Shown: in pieces, positions 19,522-27,764 of the stretch
How the letters are laid out: every line of letters starts with the position of its first letter
Position numbering within the stretch: the first letter of the stretch is position 1
Source: Candidatus Dojkabacteria bacterium
GTDB taxonomy: Bacteria > Patescibacteriota > Dojkabacteria > SC72
Length of the DNA: 64,000 bases
Assembly: GCA_018056375.1 (NCBI GenBank)
Contig: JAGPFQ010000001.1
Coordinates: 167,995-231,994, forward strand
Direction of reading: 5' to 3'
The notes under the pieces: model-generated
What the model saw: the letters and a program-made list of their open reading frames with translations, nothing else
Database searches by the model: none
What the model was told of the DNA's origin: nothing
Program-made: the position numbers and the translations under genes

Positions 19522-20760
19522 ATGGATGTTCATAATCTCACAATAGGTGAAGTTGCTAATAGATTAAATGTATCTGAGGATACGATTCGTAGGTGGGCAA
19601 AAAAAGGTCTTATTAAATCAACTCGTGGAAAGAATAATTATAGATTGTTTAATCTTAAGGAAATCGAAAGAGTTAAGAAACGTACACAGGGGGATTCGTG
19701 CCATAGAGGGTTTAAGGTTTTAAAATCAAAGAAAAACTATAATTACACAGTTATAGATCTATTCTCAGGTGCTGGTGGAACATCTCTTGGATTGGAAAAT
19801 GCAGGTTTGCAACATAAGCTTTTAGTAGAATTTGATAAATATGCTGTAGAGACATTAAGAACAAATAGACCTAATTGGAATGTTGAGTTTAAAGATATAA
19901 AAGAAGTTGATTTCAGGGGTACGTCTGCAGATATTGTAGAAGGGGGTTTTCCTTGTCAAGCATTTAGTTATGCTGGTAAAAAATTAGGTTTCTCTGATGT
20001 TAGAGGTACATTGTTTTTTGAGTTTGCAAGGTGTGTTTCTGAAGTTAGACCTAAGATTGCAATTGCAGAGAATGTTAAAGGTTTATTAAGGCATGATAAA
20101 GGAAGAACTTTACAGATAATGGTTTCTGTTTTAGAGGAGTTAGGGTATAGAGTTGAATATAAAGTATTAAGAGCACAATATTATGATGTCGCTCAAAAAA
20201 GGGAGAGATTAATCATTATTGGAGTGCGTGATGATTTAAAAATACCAATAATTTTTCCTAAGGAGAATGACTATTTAATTACCTTAAGGGATGCTTTAGA
20301 AGATGTGCCACACTCGGAAGGACAGACATATCCTGAGAAGAAGAGAAAGATTATGGAAATGATTCCTGAAGGTGGTTATTGGAGAGAGTTACCTGAGAAG
20401 TATCAAAAGGAATATATGGGTGCTAGTTATTATCATACAGGAGGTCGTACAGGTATGGCTAGAAGATTATCTTGGGATGAACCTTCTTTAACATTAACTA
20501 CAAGTCCTGCACAAAAACAAACAGAACGTTGTCATCCTTCTGAAACCAGACCTCTTACTGTGAGAGAGTATGCTAGGATACAAAGTTTTCCAGATGATTG
20601 GATGTTTGCAGGGTCAGTAAGTCAACAGTATAAACAGATAGGAAATGCAGTCCCTGTAAATCTAGGTTTTCATATTGGTACTGCATTAATCAAAATGCTT
20701 GAAAATGCCTCTTTAGGTTGTACAACAAACAAAGTTGAAGGTCAGCTAAGTTATTTATAA
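19522..20760 (+). CDS. DNA (cytosine-5)-methyltransferase with N-terminal MerR/excisionase-like HTH
   Basis: motif I FSGAGG, motif IV GFPCQ, motif VI ENV, motif X QIGNAVPV; C-terminal similarity to GGCC-type methyltransferases (recalled from memory). Confidence 0.9.
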   Translation: MDVHNLTIGEVANRLNVSEDTIRRWAKKGLIKSTRGKNNYRLFNLKEIERVKKRTQGDSCHRGFKVLKSKKNYNYTVIDLFSGAGGTSLGLENAGLQHKLLVEFDKYAVETLRTNRPNWNVEFKDIKEVDFRGTSADIVEGGFPCQAFSYAGKKLGFSDVRGTLFFEFARCVSEVRPKIAIAENVKGLLRHDKGRTLQIMVSVLEELGYRVEYKVLRAQYYDVAQKRERLIIIGVRDDLKIPIIFPKENDYLITLRDALEDVPHSEGQTYPEKKRKIMEMIPEGGYWRELPEKYQKEYMGASYYHTGGRTGMARRLSWDEPSLTLTTSPAQKQTERCHPSETRPLTVREYARIQSFPDDWMFAGSVSQQYKQIGNAVPVNLGFHIGTALIKMLENASLGCTTNKVEGQLSYL

Positions 20761-20772
20761 CTTAAAAGTATC

Positions 20773-22242
20773 CTACTGCAACTTCTCAAACTTCCCATCT
20801 TCTAATAGTCTGTAATATCCTGATCCCTCAGGTCCATATAGACTCCATGAGTTAATAGGAACTTGATATGTTTGACCTGTACTTGGTGAAGATAATGTCT
20901 CATACCCTCTCATACCCTCTACCCATTTCTCATTAGATTCAGTTATTAAACCTTTATGATAAGCACTACTTTGAACAGTAAAAGGAGCTCTTCGATTCTC
21001 AGTAGGTTCAACTATTGGTAGTAATGTATTCTTCCTTATAATACTACTATCAACAAAGTCAAAACTGTCTTGCATCTTCTGTAAAGTATCTTTTACATTA
21101 TCCCAATTCTCAGCTAATGTCATCTGTCCAAATCCATAAGCTGATGCATATTTAGTTCCACTAGCAGAGTATGGAGGTTGATATATTCCCACAGTTATTT
21201 TACCTAGAATAGGTATACCTTGCATCTTAGCACTAAGGTTAAACTCCTGTACACTATACCCTAATACTTGAGAAGGTAATACTGTTTCATCTGTTAATGT
21301 AAGATCTGTTATTTCCTTAACCTCTGCGAACGTCTCTTCTACCCAAAATTTAGGTGTATAGTCACCTTTTAATTCTGTTGTGTACATGTAGCTAAGTAAT
21401 GTTCTTTGATCAGGTCCTACTAATTGAATAAAACCTTCTTTCTCTTCAGAGATGGTATAACCGGTAGCCTTATCTAACTGGAAGTATTTTCCTTTGTATT
21501 TCTTAAAACCTTCAGGAGTTTCTTCCTTTACTTCTTCTTTGGGTTTTGCTGTTAAAATATCATCTGTAAGTACTTTTGTTCTTGCAAAACACCCTGAAAT
21601 CTCCTTTAAGAAACCTTCTCTCTCTTCAAATATCTCTGCAGGTGCCCAATATACTTTAAATGTAACAAAATCTTTTGTTTTAGAAACATGCATTTTTCCT
21701 TTAATATCATACTCGTTGATTTGAGCTATGACATCTGCATAAATCTCATCCTCTAACTCTTCTATCTTTTGAATCTCCTGCATCTCAAATGTCCCACCTC
21801 CTTCTTCAGTAGTTTCTTTTAAGATTTTAGAGAATGTGTTTAGGAAATCCTCTTTTGTTAATTCTGGCTGTGATTTAGCAGTATATATGAGTACTGCAGT
21901 AGTATTTGTCTCATCTTCCATTATTGAGACAGTACCGCTTTCAACCGCATAGTACCATCCATTTGGAACACCAATACTAAAGGCATTCTCAGGATACTCT
22001 ATCCTCTTAAACGAACAACTAGGGTTGTCGTTTTCTACAGTCTCAGCGTAATACTCATCTCTACCAATACCTAAATCCTTTAGAATTGTTTCTAAAGATC
22101 CTGTTAGATAGAGGGCACCTAAGAGTGCGACTACGAGGATTATTATGGTTGAAATAATTATAGATTTCTTGTGTTTTGTAAAGAAATCTGTAGACTGGGC
22201 TTCTTTCATATCGCTTAATGATATAAAATTATGTCTTTTCAA
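20773..22242 (-). CDS. hypothetical membrane-anchored extracellular protein
   Basis: 489 aa, single N-terminal TM, no recognisable domain. Confidence 0.45.
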   Translation of the reverse strand: MKRHNFISLSDMKEAQSTDFFTKHKKSIIISTIIILVVALLGALYLTGSLETILKDLGIGRDEYYAETVENDNPSCSFKRIEYPENAFSIGVPNGWYYAVESGTVSIMEDETNTTAVLIYTAKSQPELTKEDFLNTFSKILKETTEEGGGTFEMQEIQKIEELEDEIYADVIAQINEYDIKGKMHVSKTKDFVTFKVYWAPAEIFEEREGFLKEISGCFARTKVLTDDILTAKPKEEVKEETPEGFKKYKGKYFQLDKATGYTISEEKEGFIQLVGPDQRTLLSYMYTTELKGDYTPKFWVEETFAEVKEITDLTLTDETVLPSQVLGYSVQEFNLSAKMQGIPILGKITVGIYQPPYSASGTKYASAYGFGQMTLAENWDNVKDTLQKMQDSFDFVDSSIIRKNTLLPIVEPTENRRAPFTVQSSAYHKGLITESNEKWVEGMRGYETLSSPSTGQTYQVPINSWSLYGPEGSGYYRLLEDGKFEKLQ

Positions 22243-22432
22243 AGTTGTAGCAGATATGAGGATTGTGTCAAGTGGGTGTAAAAATATGCCTTCTATAGAT
22301 ACTGTAACAAACTTAATCTCAAACTCAACCTAATTAGTAGGTATCACAAGAAGATGCCTGCCTTTTCTTTTTCATATTGTTTTTGCGAAAATTGTTGAAC
22401 TAGAGTATTTGAGGTGTAATTGAGGAGAAAGT

Positions 22433-22924
22433 TTATAAACCAAATCTCCTGGCTATCTCTGCTGCTTTGTCATACTCAGAGGCTACTAATTCCTGAACAA
22501 TATGACGCCTAGGAGAAAAGATGTTAAGATCGGCTCTTCTATTAATTTTCGCTGATTTAAGTGCTTCAAATGTTGTAATATTTATCTTTCCTACGCGATC
22601 AAAAATGTTGTGTATCTCAACAAACTTGTGTACTTCGCAATTATCCCAACAGTAGTAACTTTCGACTAACTTACCTGAGTATGCAGGTTCAATCTCTTCA
22701 AAATCACTGGGCATAATTGTTAAGGATTCTGGAACCCCTCTCTTATATCGTTTGGTCGTAGCTACGATAAAACCATAGATATCCAGTTTGTTAACAAGAA
22801 TGACAAGAAGTTTGTATTTATTTCGTCTTTCTTGGGTAGAAGGATTAATTGAATTTGGGTGATAATAAACTGTTCGTTTCTTTAAATCTAGACGATTAGA
22901 TACCTTACTCATTTGTAGTGTCAA
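22433..22924 (-). CDS. candidate toxin partner (PanT-like) of the Panacea antitoxin; unknown fold
   Basis: 163-aa basic protein, 20-nt overlap with the upstream antitoxin gene. Confidence 0.4.
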   Translation of the reverse strand: MTLQMSKVSNRLDLKKRTVYYHPNSINPSTQERRNKYKLLVILVNKLDIYGFIVATTKRYKRGVPESLTIMPSDFEEIEPAYSGKLVESYYCWDNCEVHKFVEIHNIFDRVGKINITTFEALKSAKINRRADLNIFSPRRHIVQELVASEYDKAAEIARRFGL

Positions 22925-23450
22925 GGTTTAAATCTTCATTTAAGTGTTCTGTTCCTCCCAAGGTTGCTCCGAGAACTTCCATAGGTTTGGTTTTATAGGT
23001 AATTTCTGTCAATGTTTTTGCACTATAGTCTTTTAATTCTGTGAGAACTTCATTTATGATGTCCTTTTCTGGTTGTGTAAGACATTGTAAAGTGTAGGAT
23101 TTCTTTGCCTTGTATACAGCATAACAAGATAATTTGTCTTCAGAAAAAATAAGCTCTGCGGAAATAAGATCCTGATTTTGCATTTTTTCTACTATTGAAT
23201 ATATTGAAGAATCAAAAGGTCCATAGAAGTATCGTTTATAGGAGAAATTGCTAATTTTTTGTCCTGTTTGCTTCTTTGAGACCAAATCTATAATATATGA
23301 CAGTTTCATTAAAACAGTAATGGTAGCTACCTTATGTTGCTTTATAATACAATAAAGCAACTCTTTTGTTTTATCCATATTTGAGTATATCATAAGTTCA
23401 TAGAAATGACTAAGGGAGCTATATGAATGAAGAATATGATAATTTTTCAA
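22905..23450 (-). CDS. Panacea-domain (DUF4065, SocA-like) antitoxin
   Basis: KLSYIIDLVS ... YFYGPFDSSIY matches the DUF4065 core (KLqKLlY...GPv..ly). Confidence 0.6.
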   Translation of the reverse strand: MKNYHILHSYSSLSHFYELMIYSNMDKTKELLYCIIKQHKVATITVLMKLSYIIDLVSKKQTGQKISNFSYKRYFYGPFDSSIYSIVEKMQNQDLISAELIFSEDKLSCYAVYKAKKSYTLQCLTQPEKDIINEVLTELKDYSAKTLTEITYKTKPMEVLGATLGGTEHLNEDLNLDTTNE

Positions 23451-23550
23451 AAATGCTGTTCTACAACCTTAGGTTAGGTGATAAGAAAGTCGTAGACTAT
23501 CAACTAAATGAGCTATTCAAAAGCTATGCAAAAGTGGTAAAACTACCATC

Positions 23551-23628
23551 TGGGGTGAGTAATGGGAGTTGAACCCACAACCTCTGGTGCCACAAACCAG
23601 CGCTCTAACCAATTGAGCTATACCCACC
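23551..23628 (-). tRNA. tRNA-His (GTG) with G-1
   Basis: reverse complement folds as a cloverleaf; 8-bp acceptor stem with G-1:C73, anticodon loop TTGTGGC, T-loop TTCAACT, CCA encoded. Confidence 0.85.
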
Positions 23629-23668
23629 ATATCTATATATAATTATACTACATATCCATTCTCTAAAT

Positions 23669-25450
23669 CTACTTAACCGTAACAGACTTAGCTAAATTCC
23701 TAGGTCTATCCACATTGTTCCCTAACTTAACAGATAGGAAATATGAGATTAATTGGAATGGTATAGCATTACTAATACTAGAAATATTACCAACCTCTGG
23801 AGTCTCAACATACCTATCAAATACCTCCATCTTACTAAAATCCTTACTACCAATACCTACAGTAAAAGCACCTCTTGTCTTTACCTGTTCCATAGCACTG
23901 ATAAGGTCAGCACTATCCTCACTCTCCTTTGATGGAATAATACCAAATACAACTGTACCCTTCTCTATCAATGCAATCACACCATGCTTAAGTTCTCCTG
24001 CTGCAAAACCCTCAACATGCTTGTATGATATCTCCTTAATCTTAAGAGCTCCTTCAAGTGCAATAAATGCATTCTCTCCTTTACCTAGGATAAAAGCACT
24101 ATCTTTCTTTACCATGTAGTTTGAAATATCTTTAATATTTTTAAAACTCTTCTCTGTAAATAGCTTTACTATCTCCTTAGACACCTCTTTAATATTCTTT
24201 TTAGCTGTTCGATATTTCCCTACAATACTCATGGCTAAGAGATAACCCCATGCACACTGTGCTGTAAATACTTTTGTAGATGCTACACATATTTCAGGAC
24301 CTGAGTTTGTGTAATATTCAAAATCAGAAAGCATACTCATAGCAGTAGCATGCATATTAACAATGCTTGCAACCTTACATCCTTTCTCCTTCATCTGTTC
24401 AATAGCTTCAATTGTATCTGCTGTCTCACCACTCTGTGAAAATGCAATTACAATATCTCCTTTTTTAACAATAGGTAGGTAAGATTTAAATTCATAACTC
24501 TTAACCTCTTGAGCATCAATATTAGCAATATTCCTTAAGAAATATGCTGTCTGTCCTGCTGCAAAACCAGCAGTACCAGCACCTACTAGATATACTTTCT
24601 TTCCTTTCTTAATCTCTTTAACTAACGGTTCTAAATCTTTCTCTGTGTAGTTTGTTGCAAAGAGTAATGTCTCTTTCTGGTCTACTATTTCCTTTATCAT
24701 AAAATGGTCAAACTTCCCCTTCTCTATCTTGTTGTATTGATACTTCAACTCCTTTATCTCAACCTTTTTCTTTTTGTTTTTAAGAATATTAAATATTTCA
24801 ATATCCTTACCATCAATCTCTACCATATCGTAGTTTTCTAGTAATACAGCTTTGTTTGTTGCTGGTGAGAAAGAGAGTGTGTCTGAAGCTAGATATATAC
24901 CATCTTTAGCAATACCAGCAACTAGTGGAGACCCATTTCTAAGGGCATATATCTTTCTATCTTCATGACTTAATACAGCTACTGTATTCCTACCTTCTAA
25001 CTTTTTGAAAACATGAATGATAGCTTCTTTGAGAGACATCTTATCTAATTCTTCCTCTATTAGTCTTACAATTACCTCTGTATCTGTTTGTGAGATAAAT
25101 TTAACACCTTTTTTAATTAATTTTTCTTTTAATTCAGCAAAGTTTTCCACTATACCATTCTGTACAAGAGTAAAATCACCTCTTGTTGAAATGTGAGGAT
25201 GTGTATTTATTTTCGTTACACCACCGTGTGTAGCCCATCTAGTATGTCCAATACCAACAGTGCCTTTTGGTAGTTTCTTGAAAGCATCATGTTCTTTGAT
25301 TTCACCAATATCTTTGTATTGATATATTTTATCTTTTCCTAATATTGCAATACCCCATGAATCATACCCTCTATATTCTAATCTTTTTAAACCTTCAAAA
25401 ATCATATCATTACACTCTTTAGTTCCAGAATATCCAAATATGCCACACAT
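23669..25450 (-). CDS. glmS: glutamine--fructose-6-phosphate aminotransferase
   Basis: N-terminal MCGIFGY nucleophile Cys2, two SIS domains, 593 aa. Confidence 0.95.
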   Translation of the reverse strand: MCGIFGYSGTKECNDMIFEGLKRLEYRGYDSWGIAILGKDKIYQYKDIGEIKEHDAFKKLPKGTVGIGHTRWATHGGVTKINTHPHISTRGDFTLVQNGIVENFAELKEKLIKKGVKFISQTDTEVIVRLIEEELDKMSLKEAIIHVFKKLEGRNTVAVLSHEDRKIYALRNGSPLVAGIAKDGIYLASDTLSFSPATNKAVLLENYDMVEIDGKDIEIFNILKNKKKKVEIKELKYQYNKIEKGKFDHFMIKEIVDQKETLLFATNYTEKDLEPLVKEIKKGKKVYLVGAGTAGFAAGQTAYFLRNIANIDAQEVKSYEFKSYLPIVKKGDIVIAFSQSGETADTIEAIEQMKEKGCKVASIVNMHATAMSMLSDFEYYTNSGPEICVASTKVFTAQCAWGYLLAMSIVGKYRTAKKNIKEVSKEIVKLFTEKSFKNIKDISNYMVKKDSAFILGKGENAFIALEGALKIKEISYKHVEGFAAGELKHGVIALIEKGTVVFGIIPSKESEDSADLISAMEQVKTRGAFTVGIGSKDFSKMEVFDRYVETPEVGNISSISNAIPFQLISYFLSVKLGNNVDRPRNLAKSVTVK

Positions 25451-25469
25451 ATCTTTACATAGTTATTTT

Positions 25470-25605
25470 AAATTTGGGAACTGTTAGTTACTTTTTGGAA
25501 TTGTAGTAACTTTTAGGTCAACAGTATGACCTGAAGGTGTCCGCTGATAGTTCGATAACCTTCACCTCGTAGTAGTTTCCTTAAGACTACCCATACGCTT
25601 TTATA
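25470..25605 (-). promoter_or_regulatory. glmS ribozyme (GlcN6P-responsive self-cleaving leader) upstream of glmS
   Basis: the minus-strand leader contains ACGAGGTGAAGGTTATCGAACTATCAGCGGACACC, matching the conserved glmS-ribozyme core GACGAGG-UGGAGGUUAUCGAAUUUUCGGCGGAUGCC; preceded by an AAGCG cleavage-site-like start. Confidence 0.7.
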
Positions 25606-25656
25606 TTAAATATCCCTGCTTACATATTACAGGATATATAGAAACAGTCAAGATAC

Positions 25657-26343
25657 TTATCTTCTCTTCTGTCTACTGTTTAGCAAGCTTGCATAGTACA
25701 TTAGATTTAGGATTGAAGAAACTAATCCAGCAAAGTATGTTAGTGCTGCTGCATTTAATACCTCTCTAGCACCTCCTCTCTTTCCCTCTGTTATGAGGTT
25801 ATACTTCTCTATGAACTTCATCCCCCTCTTACTTGCATCTAATTCTACAGGTATTGTAATGAGAGAGAAAAGAACACCTGTTGAGAAGAGTATTAGACCT
25901 AGTTGTGCTAATTTGAATTGTGTTATGAGAAGTCCAATAAAGAAGAGTATATATCCTATGTTTGTTCCAATATTTGTTATCGGTACAAGTGTTCTTCTAA
26001 AGTTGTATATACCAGATGCTGAGAATTTCTGTTGTACATGTCCCATCTCATGAGCTACAACAGCTATATTTGAAACTGATTTAGAAGACATATTTTCAGA
26101 AGATATAGCAACTATGTTTTGTGTTGGATCAAAGTAATCCCCTAATGGTTGTCTATTAGGTAATATATCAACAGAGAAGTTTTCTCCTTTTTTAATCTCT
26201 TCTGCTGCATCTAATCCTGTCTTTCCGCTTTCTGCATCTTCTTTTGAGTATTTGTTAAATGTAGTTTTTACATATATCTGAGCAAAGATTGAGAGAAGAA
26301 GTCCTGGTATTGCAAACATCCAATATATTGGTTCTATTCCCAT
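25657..26343 (-). CDS. membrane zinc metallopeptidase (Zn_peptidase_2 / YugP-like)
   Basis: HEMGH zincin motif, flanking TM segments. Confidence 0.7.
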   Translation of the reverse strand: MGIEPIYWMFAIPGLLLSIFAQIYVKTTFNKYSKEDAESGKTGLDAAEEIKKGENFSVDILPNRQPLGDYFDPTQNIVAISSENMSSKSVSNIAVVAHEMGHVQQKFSASGIYNFRRTLVPITNIGTNIGYILFFIGLLITQFKLAQLGLILFSTGVLFSLITIPVELDASKRGMKFIEKYNLITEGKRGGAREVLNAAALTYFAGLVSSILNLMYYASLLNSRQKRR

Positions 26344-26466
26344 ATTATTACTAACTTAATTTAAAACTTTTCTATATTCATTTTATCATAGAATGTAAAA
26401 TGGATAGTTATTCTGTTTCTTTATTCTCTTTTTGCTTGCTTGACTTTTTTGTAGTATATTTTATCT

Positions 26467-27318
26467 ATGGAATTTAAAAAAGGTGAAAAATATATCTGTC
26501 TATTAGCTCCATCTTTCATAACTGAGTACCCCTATCCTAATATTGTATACAGATTAAGGAAGCTAGGGTTTGATAAGGTGATGGAGGTAACATTTGGTGC
26601 TAAGATGACCAATCTTACCTACTACAACATAATTAAAGAAAGTATTGCTAAAGGAGAGAAGAAAACATGGATTGCTAGTCCATGTCCAACTATCGTTAAC
26701 TTCATTCGAGTAAAGTATCCTCACTTGGTTGAGAATCTAGTTCCTTCACACTCTCCAATGGGTTGTATGGCTCTCATTGCTAGAAAGATGCATCCTAAGC
26801 ACAAGATTGTATTTATCGGTCCTTGCATGACTAAGAAGATGGAAGCAGGAGAAACAGGATTAGTAGACCATGTGCTTACATTTGTAGAATTAGAACAACT
26901 CTTTAAAGAGAAAGATATTCCAGAGGAGATAGAGGAAGGTAAGTATTGTATTGGGTTTGATAAATTGTACAATGACTATACCAAGATATATCCTGTTTCT
27001 GGAGGTCTCTCTGATACATTAAACTACAGACATATTCTTAAAAAGAGAGAAATACTTGTAATGGAAGGACTTAACAATCTTATGCCAGTATTTGATAAGT
27101 TTAAGGATGGTGTATACAAGCATTACAAGTTTTTAGATATTCTTAACTGTGATGGAGGATGTATTAATGGTCCTGCTATGATTAGTGAAAAATCATTAAC
27201 ACAAAGAAGAAAGAAGGTTTTTAAATACAGAGATTATGCAAGAAGATATGAAAAAGATTTAGGTAGAACAGGATTGAAGGCTCATGCAGATGGTATTAAT
27301 TTTGAGAGGAAATTCTAA
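26467..27318 (+). CDS. [FeFe]-hydrogenase H-cluster-domain-like protein (short, Nar1/sensor-like)
   Basis: LLAPSF...LRKLGFDKV...FGA start of the H-domain; L1-like ASPCP, L2-like GPCMTKK, L3-like CDGGCINGP; only 283 aa and L1 lacks the first Cys. Confidence 0.55.
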   Translation: MEFKKGEKYICLLAPSFITEYPYPNIVYRLRKLGFDKVMEVTFGAKMTNLTYYNIIKESIAKGEKKTWIASPCPTIVNFIRVKYPHLVENLVPSHSPMGCMALIARKMHPKHKIVFIGPCMTKKMEAGETGLVDHVLTFVELEQLFKEKDIPEEIEEGKYCIGFDKLYNDYTKIYPVSGGLSDTLNYRHILKKREILVMEGLNNLMPVFDKFKDGVYKHYKFLDILNCDGGCINGPAMISEKSLTQRRKKVFKYRDYARRYEKDLGRTGLKAHADGINFERKF

Positions 27319-27755
27319 TGAATCCTTTTATGCAGTTAGCTATATACAAGGCTAGAGAGGGTATGCAGAGAGGTCATGGAGGTCCTTTTGGTGCCGTTAT
27401 CGTAAAGGATGGTGAGGTTATTGCTTCAGCACATAATGAGGTGTTGAAAGAAGATGACCCCACTTCTCATGCAGAGATTCAAGCAATTAGAGAAGCAAGT
27501 GAGAAATTAAATACACATGACCTTTCAGGTTGTGAGTTGTATACAACAGGCAAACCTTGTCCAATGTGTAAGGGTGCTATACAGTGGGCAAAGATAGAGA
27601 AAGTGTATTATGGTTGTGATTATGAGGATGCAAGAAGGATAGGTTTTAATGAGCTGAGTGGTAACAGTGAGAACTATGTGGAGGAACAAATAAATCAGGA
27701 AGAATGCCAAGAACTCTATGATGAGTATCTTACTACAGATAGAGAAACTTACTAG
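27318..27755 (+). CDS. CDA-fold deaminase, probably guanine deaminase (GuaD-type)
   Basis: HAE zinc motif and PCPMC motif; PFGAVIVKDG N-terminal stretch resembling B. subtilis GuaD (recalled from memory). Confidence 0.6.
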   Translation: MNPFMQLAIYKAREGMQRGHGGPFGAVIVKDGEVIASAHNEVLKEDDPTSHAEIQAIREASEKLNTHDLSGCELYTTGKPCPMCKGAIQWAKIEKVYYGCDYEDARRIGFNELSGNSENYVEEQINQEECQELYDEYLTTDRETY

Positions 27756-27764
27756 TCTTTAAAG

